DNA from: Candidatus Calditenuis fumarioli
Lineage (GTDB): Archaea; Thermoproteota; Nitrososphaeria_A; Caldarchaeales; Calditenuaceae
Assembly: GCA_030059665.1 (NCBI GenBank)
Contig: JANVYR010000003.1
Location: forward strand, 70,555 to 134,554
Length of the DNA stretch: 64,000 nucleotides
Direction of reading: 5' to 3'
Shown in pieces: positions 48,070-56,350 of this stretch. The translations under genes and the position numbers were made by a program. The notes below the pieces were generated by a model. That model made no database searches. It saw only the letters and a program-made list of their open reading frames with translations, and was not told where the DNA came from. Positions within the stretch are counted from its first letter, which is position 1. Every line of letters begins with the position of its first letter.

Positions 48070-48879
48070 ATGGCCAGACTTGTGGGTGCGTACATGTCCT
48101 CGCACGCGCCTCAAATAATCCTGCAACCGAAGGTCTCGGACGAGTATGTGGCCCAGCTCGCGAAGGTTCACGCGGCCCTGATGAACATCGGTGAGAGGAT
48201 CCGAAGAAAGGGAGTCGAGACGCTGATAGTTTTCGGCTCCGATCACATGGAGACGTTCTTCCTCGACAACTACCCGCAACTCCTCCTCTTCACCGGCGAG
48301 AGCTCCTCGGCCCACTTCGGTGGTAGGGAGGTCTCGATAAGGAACGACACGGAGCTAGCCACGCACCTCCTCTACAGCCTGCTCGATCAGGGTTTCGACG
48401 TGAGCTTCTCGCAGGAGATGAGGCTGGACCACCCGTTTGCGTCACCTCTTTACTGGGTGTTGAAGACGGCTGGGGACATCAGGGTGATACCGTTCCACGT
48501 GAACAGCAACGTCTCGCCGCGCGTGACCCCTAAGAGGTGCTACCAGCTCGGCCAGGCTGTAAGGAGGGCCATCGAGTCCTACGACGGCGACCAGAGGGTG
48601 GCCGTTTACGGTACCGGTGGGCTCTCCCACTATCCTGGAACACCTCTCTACGGGAAGGTCGACGTCGAGGCTGACCAGCTCATAACTAGGAAGATAGTTG
48701 AGGGGAAAGGTTCGGAGCTGGCCAACCTGACTTCCAAATGGCTCGACGAGACTGGGAACTTCGAACTCCGGACCTGGATAGCCGCTCTGGGCGCAGTCGG
48801 TGATGTGCCTGGCGAGATCCTCCTTTACGAGAGGGCGTATCACATCGGATACTGCGTCGCGGCCGTCGACGGGGTGTGA
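48070..48879 (+). CDS. LigB-family (class III) extradiol ring-cleavage dioxygenase, catalytic subunit
   Basis: SHAP, DH(M), LDH, GTGGLSHYPG, ELRTW Fe/catalytic motifs. Confidence 0.88.
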   Translation: MARLVGAYMSSHAPQIILQPKVSDEYVAQLAKVHAALMNIGERIRRKGVETLIVFGSDHMETFFLDNYPQLLLFTGESSSAHFGGREVSIRNDTELATHLLYSLLDQGFDVSFSQEMRLDHPFASPLYWVLKTAGDIRVIPFHVNSNVSPRVTPKRCYQLGQAVRRAIESYDGDQRVAVYGTGGLSHYPGTPLYGKVDVEADQLITRKIVEGKGSELANLTSKWLDETGNFELRTWIAALGAVGDVPGEILLYERAYHIGYCVAAVDGV

Positions 48880-48882
48880 GGG

Positions 48883-49191
48883 ATGAGGGAGCTCTTCTTC
48901 CCCGAGCTGAGGTTCTACAGGCTCCACAAGATGGCGAGAGCCATACACCTGGACAGCGGGCTGAGGAAGAGGTTCAGGGAAGATCCGGAATCCGTGATGA
49001 ACGAGTTCGGACTGACCGAGGAGGAGAAGGCCCTCGTCCGATCGAAGGACCCCGTGAAGATGTTCAACGAGGGCGTCATGCCGTACGCCATCTTCTACCT
49101 GATATGGGAGGCTGAGGGCTGGATCTTCCTGCCTCCGGAGAAGCAGACCCTTTACCGCGAGCAGCCGGCCGTTGGTCCGAGAGGCCTGTGA
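48883..49191 (+). CDS. LigA-like small subunit of extradiol dioxygenase
   Basis: RKRFREDPESVMNEFGLTEEEKALV; immediately after the ligB-like gene. Confidence 0.8.
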   Translation: MRELFFPELRFYRLHKMARAIHLDSGLRKRFREDPESVMNEFGLTEEEKALVRSKDPVKMFNEGVMPYAIFYLIWEAEGWIFLPPEKQTLYREQPAVGPRGL

Positions 49192-49209
49192 CCTAGGTGG
49201 TAATGGGAG

Positions 49210-50664
49210 ATGATCAGGACCGGAAAGGAGTACATCGAGAGCCTCCGGGACGGGAGGGAACTGTACCTGGGCGACGAGGAGGTGAGGGACGTCACATCGC
49301 ACCCGAGGCTGAAGCCCACGATCGAGAGCATCGCCAGGTGCTACGACCTGACGTACAGCAGGAGAGGGGAGCTGACCTACGTCGAGGACGGCGAGGAGTT
49401 CTCCACCCTCTGGATGGTTCCGAGGAGCAAAGGTGACTTCGTCAGGATCAGGCAACACATAACTGCATGGCACGAGGAGACTGCTGGATGCCTCGGAAGG
49501 CTCCACGACTACCTCTGCGTCTGGGTGACGGCGCTCTACATCCTTAGGGACGTGATCGCCAAGGGCGGCGAGAGATTCGCAACCAACATAGTCAATTACT
49601 ACAACTATTGCAGAAGGAAAGATCTAGCGTTAACGCATGCCATCTCAACACCACAGATCGATAGGTCACCGGGGGCAAGGCGGAAGGACAACGAGGACAT
49701 ACACGTTGTGGACGTGAACGATAAAGGTGTTGTGGTCGAGGGCGCGAAGATAGTAAGTACGTACGTCCCCTACGCCAACGAGCTGATCAGCCTCCCACAG
49801 CTCCCTGCCAACCCAGACGAGGATCCAAATTACATCATCGGGTTCGCGATCCCCCTGAACGCGAAGAACCTCAAGATAGTCTGCAGGGTGAGCTACGTCG
49901 ATCCCGAGAACCCACACGATTACCCATTGACCACATTGTACGACGACATGGACGCGATGGTGATCTTCGATAGGGTGCTCATCCCCTGGGAGAGGGTGTT
50001 CGTCTACGGTGAGAAGGGTCCGCTCATCAACTACGAGATCTTCAACGACGTTCTCGGGTTCGCGCTATGGGAGGCGGCGATAAAGAACGTCGTCAAGAGC
50101 AAGTACCTGATCGGGCTTGCGATGATGTTGACCTCGATGTTCGGGACAGACTCCTATCCGAACGTGCAGGAGAAGATCGGATGGATGATGGAGTACATGA
50201 GCGTCCTCCAGGCCGCAATCGAGGGCGCGGAGGACACGGCGAAAAGACACAACGACGCCTTGATACCGAACATCTGGGTGACATGGCCTCTGGTCCAGCT
50301 CTTCAGCAACGACTTCTATCCCAAGATGGTCGAGACGTTGAGGACGCTGGCCGGGAGCGGAATCGTAATGCACCCGCCGATGAGGGCCTTCAGGAACCAG
50401 AAGCTGAGGCCTTACCTCGAGAGGTACTTCAGGGCGAAGGGGGCGAACGCGGTCGACAGATTACAGATACTGAAATTCATTGCGGACTACACCGTCAACA
50501 GCTACGGCGGTAGGATGCTCCAGTACGAGAAGTACTACGCGGCTGACCCGTTCAGGGTGGCGATCGTCCACTTCAGGTACTTCCCCGAGAAAGAGAAGTT
50601 CGTGGAGCTCGCCAGATCACAGATCGAGAAGTTCCGTTCTATCTACGGGATCTTCCCAACCTAA
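49210..50664 (+). CDS. HpaB-family two-component flavin aromatic hydroxylase, oxygenase subunit
   Basis: RTGKEYIESLRDGR, GRLHDY, LTHAISTPQIDR, DDMDAMVIFDRVLIPWERVF. Confidence 0.9.
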   Translation: MIRTGKEYIESLRDGRELYLGDEEVRDVTSHPRLKPTIESIARCYDLTYSRRGELTYVEDGEEFSTLWMVPRSKGDFVRIRQHITAWHEETAGCLGRLHDYLCVWVTALYILRDVIAKGGERFATNIVNYYNYCRRKDLALTHAISTPQIDRSPGARRKDNEDIHVVDVNDKGVVVEGAKIVSTYVPYANELISLPQLPANPDEDPNYIIGFAIPLNAKNLKIVCRVSYVDPENPHDYPLTTLYDDMDAMVIFDRVLIPWERVFVYGEKGPLINYEIFNDVLGFALWEAAIKNVVKSKYLIGLAMMLTSMFGTDSYPNVQEKIGWMMEYMSVLQAAIEGAEDTAKRHNDALIPNIWVTWPLVQLFSNDFYPKMVETLRTLAGSGIVMHPPMRAFRNQKLRPYLERYFRAKGANAVDRLQILKFIADYTVNSYGGRMLQYEKYYAADPFRVAIVHFRYFPEKEKFVELARSQIEKFRSIYGIFPT

Positions 50665-50684
50665 CCGACCATTAGGCTCCGAAA

Positions 50685-51362
50685 TCAGCGATGACCTGTG
50701 CGCTCGGCCATGACAGTTGGTGGAGCGTTGCCGAGATAGGACTCGACCAGCCTCTTGTGGGCTCTGCGCAGCATCTCCGAGACGGCCCTCGGCGAGATCC
50801 CGAACATCTCAGCCAACTCCCTCACGCCGATTTTCTTGGGAACCTCGTAGAAACCGAGCTCGAGCGCAGCTGAGAGGAGTTGTTCCTGCTTCTTAGTCAG
50901 CGACGGTACGAGCCTATCTGCGTTGAGCTGCTCGACGCGCTGGACTTCTATCCTGTAGCCTCTGAGAGTGGTCTCCTCGATGAAGTCCTTGAGCTCGTTG
51001 GCGTCCCGAAAGACGCACGTCACCAACAACCCGTTCTTGTCCTCCCTTATCCTGAGCACGTGTTTGAACGGTATGCCGGCACTGTAGCACGCGCACCTCC
51101 TAGTCCTTATCATTGCCAGCATCACGCCCTCCCTGTCGGTTCTCTTGACGGTGGCCTCCTCGACACCGGGAGCTTCGAGGAGGAGAGGTCTCAGCTCACA
51201 GGGCTTCGCCGAGGACGTGTTAAAGACGGCGAGTACAGAGGTACCCGCGGACTCCTTGCGGGGAACGCACTGCAGTATCTCCGATTTGATGCCCCTCGCC
51301 CTAAGGAGCGCGGACCACGGACAGCTCAGCGAGGCCTTGAAGGAGACGACCAGCATCTGCAC
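50685..51362 (-). CDS. HTH_10 (bacterio-opsin activator-type) transcription regulator
   Basis: LTKKQEQLLSAALELGFYEVPKKIGVRELAEMFGISPRAVSEMLRRA. Confidence 0.88.
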   Translation of the reverse strand: MQMLVVSFKASLSCPWSALLRARGIKSEILQCVPRKESAGTSVLAVFNTSSAKPCELRPLLLEAPGVEEATVKRTDREGVMLAMIRTRRCACYSAGIPFKHVLRIREDKNGLLVTCVFRDANELKDFIEETTLRGYRIEVQRVEQLNADRLVPSLTKKQEQLLSAALELGFYEVPKKIGVRELAEMFGISPRAVSEMLRRAHKRLVESYLGNAPPTVMAERTGHR

Positions 51363-51412
51363 AAATTAAACGTTTTCGGGTAGATATGCGTTCCTGCGCA
51401 TCGCCTCGAAAC

Positions 51413-51461
51413 GCCTTCAAAGTTGAAGATTTAGACGCCTGGACCGGACGCGTTTGAAGGC
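51413..51461. promoter_or_regulatory. Candidate operator: CTTCAA-AG-TTGAAG palindrome plus distal TTTGAAGGC half-site
   Basis: Perfect 6-bp arms at 51415-51428; GCCTTCAAA (51413) / TTTGAAGGC (51453) inverted repeat, in the regulator/liv divergent promoter. Confidence 0.45.
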
Positions 51462-51570
51462 AGCGGGGTCCGACGGAGTCCTGAGGTCGCTGGAGCTTGG
51501 GCGAGGCAACGGAGCCTCCCGGATCGAGCAAAATACTAAATCTGACCAACCGCTGACTTCGCTTTTGAGG

Positions 51571-52308
51571 ATGGCGGACGAGCGGCTGATGGAGGTCAGG
51601 GACGTTTACAAGTACTTCGGTGGACTTCCAGCTCTCAACGGAGTCTCCTTCAGCGTGAGACGGGGTGAGATACTGGCCATAATCGGGCCCAACGGCGCCG
51701 GGAAGACGACGCTCTTCAACGTCATCAGCGGGGTGTTCCAGCCCACCAAAGGAAAGGTGATCTTCGAGGGGAAAGACATAACCAGACTGCCGCCTTATAA
51801 GAGGGCCAAGCTCGGCATAGCTAGGACCTTCCAGATACCGAGGCCCTTCGCTGAGATGACGGTGCTGGACAACGTGGTCGTCGGCATGCTGGCAAACGGT
51901 GGAGGATCGGTATCAGTGGCAAGGATGAAGGCGCTCGAGATCCTAGAGGAGCTCGGGCTGAGGGACAAGGCCGGGACTGAGGTGAGGAAGCTGAACGTAC
52001 AGGAGAAGAAGTCGGTCGAGCTGGCTAGGGCACTGGCCATGGAGCCGAAGGTGCTCCTGCTGGACGAGTACATGAGCGGTCTCAACACCGGCGAGGTGGA
52101 GAGGGCGGTTGAGGAGCTGAAGAGGATAAACAAGGAGAGAGGGATAACGATCGTCTGGATCGAGCACATCCTGAGGGCGGTGATGAAGCTCGCAGAACGC
52201 GTGATCGTTCTGAACTTCGGCCAGATCATCGCTGAGGGGAAGCCCAGTGAGGTCGCCAACAGCGCCTCCGTGATAGAGGCCTATCTCGGGAGGGGGATGG
52301 CGCATTGA
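51571..52308 (+). CDS. livG: Branched-chain-type ABC ATPase (LivG-like)
   Basis: GPNGAGKTTLFN, GIARTFQIPRPF, VWIEH. Confidence 0.88.
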   Translation: MADERLMEVRDVYKYFGGLPALNGVSFSVRRGEILAIIGPNGAGKTTLFNVISGVFQPTKGKVIFEGKDITRLPPYKRAKLGIARTFQIPRPFAEMTVLDNVVVGMLANGGGSVSVARMKALEILEELGLRDKAGTEVRKLNVQEKKSVELARALAMEPKVLLLDEYMSGLNTGEVERAVEELKRINKERGITIVWIEHILRAVMKLAERVIVLNFGQIIAEGKPSEVANSASVIEAYLGRGMAH

Positions 52309-53030
52309 GTGCCTACCTGTCGGTCTCCGGGATAGAGGCGGGCTACGGTGAGTTCCAGGTGCTCTGGGGCTTGGACCTCGAGATACCGGAGCAGGGCCAG
52401 AGGGTGGGAGTGATCGGGCCCAACGGTGCAGGAAAGACCACAGCGATGAGGTGCATCGCAGGGATCCTGCAGCCCAAACGCGGCAAGATCGCCTTCAAGG
52501 GAAGGACCCTCAACGGCACCCCAGCCAACAAGAGGGTCGAGATGGGGATCTCCTACGTGCCATCGGAGAAGGAGCTGTTCCCCAAGATGACGGTCATGGA
52601 GGTCCTCGAGCTGGGGGCATACACGAAGAGGGGGAGAAGAGAGTTCGAGAGAAACTTGGACTTCGTCTTCACGCTCTTTCCGAGGCTGAAGGAGAGGAGG
52701 AACCAGAAGGCGGGGACGCTGAGCGGCGGCGAGCAGCAGATGCTCGCGATCGCAAGGGCCCTAATGTCCTCACCGGAGCTACTGATACTTGACGAGCCGT
52801 CGACGGGGCTCTCACCGCTTTTGGTCGAGGAACTCTTCAGGTCGCTCGCGGAGTTATCGGAGAGGAAGGGAAGTCTGACAGTCCTCCTGGTGGAGCAGCG
52901 CGTACCCATGGCGTTCTCCTTCTGCGACCTGATCTACGTCATTGAGGGCGGGAGGACCGTGCTGAAGGGAGAACCCGAAGAGCTGGCCAGCGACCCCAGG
53001 ATAAGGGCATCCTACCTCGGTGGTCTCTGA
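52305..53030 (+). CDS. livF: Branched-chain-type ABC ATPase (LivF-like)
   Basis: GPNGAGKTT, FPRLKERRNQKAGTLSGGEQQMLAIARALM, LLVEQ. Confidence 0.9.
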   Translation: MSAYLSVSGIEAGYGEFQVLWGLDLEIPEQGQRVGVIGPNGAGKTTAMRCIAGILQPKRGKIAFKGRTLNGTPANKRVEMGISYVPSEKELFPKMTVMEVLELGAYTKRGRREFERNLDFVFTLFPRLKERRNQKAGTLSGGEQQMLAIARALMSSPELLILDEPSTGLSPLLVEELFRSLAELSERKGSLTVLLVEQRVPMAFSFCDLIYVIEGGRTVLKGEPEELASDPRIRASYLGGL

Positions 53031-53920
53031 TGGTAGAGGCCGCACTCGACCTACTGCTATCACAGCTGCCCGTCGTCCTCGTCGACGGAATAACATTCGG
53101 CCTCCAGCTCGCCCTGGTAGCGGTAGGGATAACGATGATCTTCGGGCAGGCTCAGATCCTGAACCTATCCCACGGTGAGTTCGCGGTGATCGCGGCGATA
53201 ACGTCGGCCCTCCTCATCCCCCTTTTAGGTGTCCCGCTGGCCGTCCTGGCGGGGATCGCCCTAGCAGTGGCCTTCGGGGCCTTCGTCTACAAGGTCGTCC
53301 TCCTGCCGGCCTTCAGACTGCAGGGTGAGAACCGAATACTCCTGGGTCTGTTCCTGATGCTGGGCCTCTACCTGCTCCTTCACGGTTACTTCACGAACCA
53401 GTTCCCCACGACGTACCTGTCCATCAGGCCAGAGGTCCAGACGGTCGAGCTGCTCGGAATGTCCTTCAGGTTCTCAGCGGTCCTCGCCGCCGGCATCTCG
53501 GCCGTCCTCTTGGCGCTGCTGGCGGTCTTCCTCAAGACGACCATGACGGGGAAGGCGATCAGGGCCGTATCCCAGAACGAGACCGGATCGATGCTGGTCG
53601 GCATCACCGTCGACAGGATCAGACTCCTCACCTTCCTAATAGGTGGAGCCCTCGCGGGTTCCGCAGGCATCATGAGAGGTCTTGCGGCGACCATGGGCCC
53701 CGAGTCGGGGATAGAGCTGACGGTTCTGGCGCTGCTGATCAGCGTGGTGGGCGGCGTCCGGAGCGTCCCGGGGACCGTTGTGGCCGGCCTCATGCTGGGA
53801 ATCGTCTACATGGTCGCGAGCTTCCTCGTGGGCACCTATCTGTCCGTGGTGATCATGCTGGCAGTCACGATAGCCGTCTTGGTCCTGAGGCCTCAGGGAC
53901 TTCTGGGCGAGTCCGAGTGA
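53030..53920 (+). CDS. livH: Branched-chain-type ABC permease (LivH-like)
   Basis: GITMIFG...LNLSHGEF, GKAIRAVSQN..GS.L.GI, VVGGVRS. Confidence 0.88.
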   Translation: MVEAALDLLLSQLPVVLVDGITFGLQLALVAVGITMIFGQAQILNLSHGEFAVIAAITSALLIPLLGVPLAVLAGIALAVAFGAFVYKVVLLPAFRLQGENRILLGLFLMLGLYLLLHGYFTNQFPTTYLSIRPEVQTVELLGMSFRFSAVLAAGISAVLLALLAVFLKTTMTGKAIRAVSQNETGSMLVGITVDRIRLLTFLIGGALAGSAGIMRGLAATMGPESGIELTVLALLISVVGGVRSVPGTVVAGLMLGIVYMVASFLVGTYLSVVIMLAVTIAVLVLRPQGLLGESE

Positions 53921-54014
53921 GGGACAACAAGGTCCGGCGGTTCCTGCACCTAAGACCTTGTTGGCTTCTTTGGGCGTAACTTTTATTATAACACCAGTAT
54001 GGGAGGCGACGAGC

Positions 54015-54704
54015 ATGTCATCGGTAGTATACAGGGACTTTCAGAGGCCCCCGAAGGAGGTCGTTGACGCGTTCAGGGAGCTGGGTGCGTCGACGGTTTA
54101 CGAGTCGATAGGGAAGGAGTACCGCTGCGTGATGGACCCGGCCATAAAGCCGATAGCTCCGGACACGAAGCTGGTCGGACCGGCCCTGACGGTTCACTGT
54201 TATCCGGGCGACAACGTGACGGTTCACAAGGCGATGACGCTCGCCAAGCAAGGTGACGTGCTGGTGATAGCCGCTGGAGGTCAGATAGCGGTGATGTGGG
54301 GAGGTCTCATGAGCTATCAGGCGATGAGGCAGGGCATCGCTGGAGTGGTCGTGGACGGGTCGGTGAGGGACGTTGCCGAGATCAGGAGGATGGGCTTTCC
54401 GGTCTTCGCCAGGCACGTCTCTCCTATTGGGTCTACCAAACTCCATCCCGGATCGATAAACGTCCCGGTGATATGCGGAGGTGTTCTGGTGCGACCCGGC
54501 GACCTCATCGTGGCGGACGACGACGGGGTTGTTGTGGTTCCGAGGGAGATAATCAATGACGTGCTGGAACGGGCCAGGCAGAGGGAGCAGAGGGAACGCG
54601 AGAACAGGAAGCTGTACGACCAGGGCAAGACTTCCTATGAGATCTACGGGTTCGATAAGGTCTTCAGGGAGAAGGGCGTGCCCGAGTACCCGATGGCGCC
54701 TTAG
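54015..54704 (+). CDS. RraA-fold HMG/CHA aldolase, LigK/GalC type
   Basis: GDN..HKA, MWGGLM, DGSVRD, GDLIVADDDGVVVVP, plus the long C-terminal extension of LigK/GalC. Confidence 0.85.
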   Translation: MSSVVYRDFQRPPKEVVDAFRELGASTVYESIGKEYRCVMDPAIKPIAPDTKLVGPALTVHCYPGDNVTVHKAMTLAKQGDVLVIAAGGQIAVMWGGLMSYQAMRQGIAGVVVDGSVRDVAEIRRMGFPVFARHVSPIGSTKLHPGSINVPVICGGVLVRPGDLIVADDDGVVVVPREIINDVLERARQREQRERENRKLYDQGKTSYEIYGFDKVFREKGVPEYPMAP

Positions 54705-54720
54705 CAGGGTGCTGGACGGA

Positions 54721-55692
54721 ATGGCTGCTCCGGATGAGCACAGGATCGATGTGAGGTTGCTCGTGCTTGCTGCGATATCGGCGATCCTTCTCGCGCTGCC
54801 CCTTGTCTTCACAGGGCGGTACTACCTTCGGGTCCTGACCCAGATGTCCTTCTTCATCGTCTTCGCGTCCGCCTTCGGCCTGCTCTTCGGAAGGACCAAC
54901 CAGCTCTTCCTCTGCATCGCAGCGCTCGCAGGGATCTCCGCATACACGAGCGGGCTTCTCACGTCCAGACTCGGGATGGAGCACTGGTCCACGATCCTGC
55001 TCGGATCGATCTTCTCAGCTGGGGTTGCTGCGGGCCTGAGCTATGTGGCCAACGTCAGGCGGATGGGTGTGGTCTTCGTTGCTATACTCACCTTGGCCTT
55101 CCAGCTCATCTTCGAGAACCTGGTGACCGGACTGGTCTGGTTGACCGGCGGCGACACCGGATTCAGGCCCCCACCGCTTCCGCTCGGGCCCTTGGGATCT
55201 CTCCTCGGCGAGCAGATGAGCTTCTACCTCATAGCCGCAGTGCTGGCGATCGGAACGCTCTTCGTGAACTACTGGCTGATGGAGAGGAGCAAATGGGGGC
55301 TGATAATGGAGGCGGTTAGGAACGAGGAGGTCGCATCTGAGGTGATAGGGATCAACGTCAGACGCGTCAAGGTGACAGTTTCGGCCCTCTCGGGTTTCAT
55401 GATAGGTCTTGCGGGTGCCCTGTACGGGTACTTCAACGGACTGATATCACCGATCTACTTCTCGTTCGCGAGCATAGACATACTGAGCCAGGTCATGGCC
55501 GTCTTCGGAGGGAGGGGTACAGTTATAGGTCCGCTGATAGGTTCCGCCGTCTTCACGTACGTGAACGAGAACATACGGTACCTCGGGCCCATCTCCCTCT
55601 CGGTCTACGGCGCGCTGATCGTGGTTTTGTTCGCTGCTTTCAGGGAGGGCATGGTGGCCACCCTCAGGCGGTGGACCCGTCTGGTATTCTGA
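54721..55692 (+). CDS. livM: Branched-chain-type ABC permease (LivM-like)
   Basis: GGDTG, SKWGL..EAVRNEEVAS..IGINV, VFGGRGTVIGP. Confidence 0.85.
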   Translation: MAAPDEHRIDVRLLVLAAISAILLALPLVFTGRYYLRVLTQMSFFIVFASAFGLLFGRTNQLFLCIAALAGISAYTSGLLTSRLGMEHWSTILLGSIFSAGVAAGLSYVANVRRMGVVFVAILTLAFQLIFENLVTGLVWLTGGDTGFRPPPLPLGPLGSLLGEQMSFYLIAAVLAIGTLFVNYWLMERSKWGLIMEAVRNEEVASEVIGINVRRVKVTVSALSGFMIGLAGALYGYFNGLISPIYFSFASIDILSQVMAVFGGRGTVIGPLIGSAVFTYVNENIRYLGPISLSVYGALIVVLFAAFREGMVATLRRWTRLVF

Positions 55693-55704
55693 GGTGGGAG
55701 ATCC

Positions 55705-56343
55705 GTGACCGGCGGGGCTCACGTCTCCAGGACGCTTCCGGAGGAATGGAGAATCCCTCAGCCGGAGAGGGTGAGGCTCGACCCGAAGCGGGACTTCCTG
55801 GTCGTGGTGGACCTGCAGAAGGAGTACTGCCATCCATCGGGCAGGAAGTACCTCGAGTCCTCCCGTGAGATAGTTCCCAACGTCATCAGGGTCCTCGAGG
55901 CGTTCAGGTCCAAGGGGGCCAAGATCCTGTTCACGGCAATTTACTTCGATCCAGAAGATCCAAGGTTCCGAGGACTCGAGTCCAGACTCTATCCCAGAAA
56001 GGGCGAGTGGGGCTTCGAGCTGATCGAGGAGTTAGCGGTGCAGCCTGGTGAGATCGTCGTCGAGAAGGACTGTTACGATCCTTTCCTCAGCTCGAATATC
56101 GATGAGGTGCTGAGGTCCAACGGACTTTCCCCGCACACATCAACGGCCGTAGTCACCGGTGCGGTCACTACGACCTGCGTGTACCACACCGTCTCAGGCC
56201 TCTTCCACAGGGGGTACAGGGTGGTAGTGCCCGTCGATTGTGTGGCCGACAGGACTCCGGCTGCACAGCTTTTCGGACTGTGGAAATTCGTGACGCTCTA
56301 CAACGTAAAACTGACGAAATCCGACATGATAGAGCTCGTCTGA
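55705..56343 (+). CDS. Isochorismatase-family cysteine hydrolase (amidohydrolase-like)
   Basis: Catalytic triad Asp (VVDLQ), Lys (EKDCYDPF), Cys (GAVTTTCV). Confidence 0.88.
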   Translation: MTGGAHVSRTLPEEWRIPQPERVRLDPKRDFLVVVDLQKEYCHPSGRKYLESSREIVPNVIRVLEAFRSKGAKILFTAIYFDPEDPRFRGLESRLYPRKGEWGFELIEELAVQPGEIVVEKDCYDPFLSSNIDEVLRSNGLSPHTSTAVVTGAVTTTCVYHTVSGLFHRGYRVVVPVDCVADRTPAAQLFGLWKFVTLYNVKLTKSDMIELV

Positions 56344-56350
56344 CGATCGG

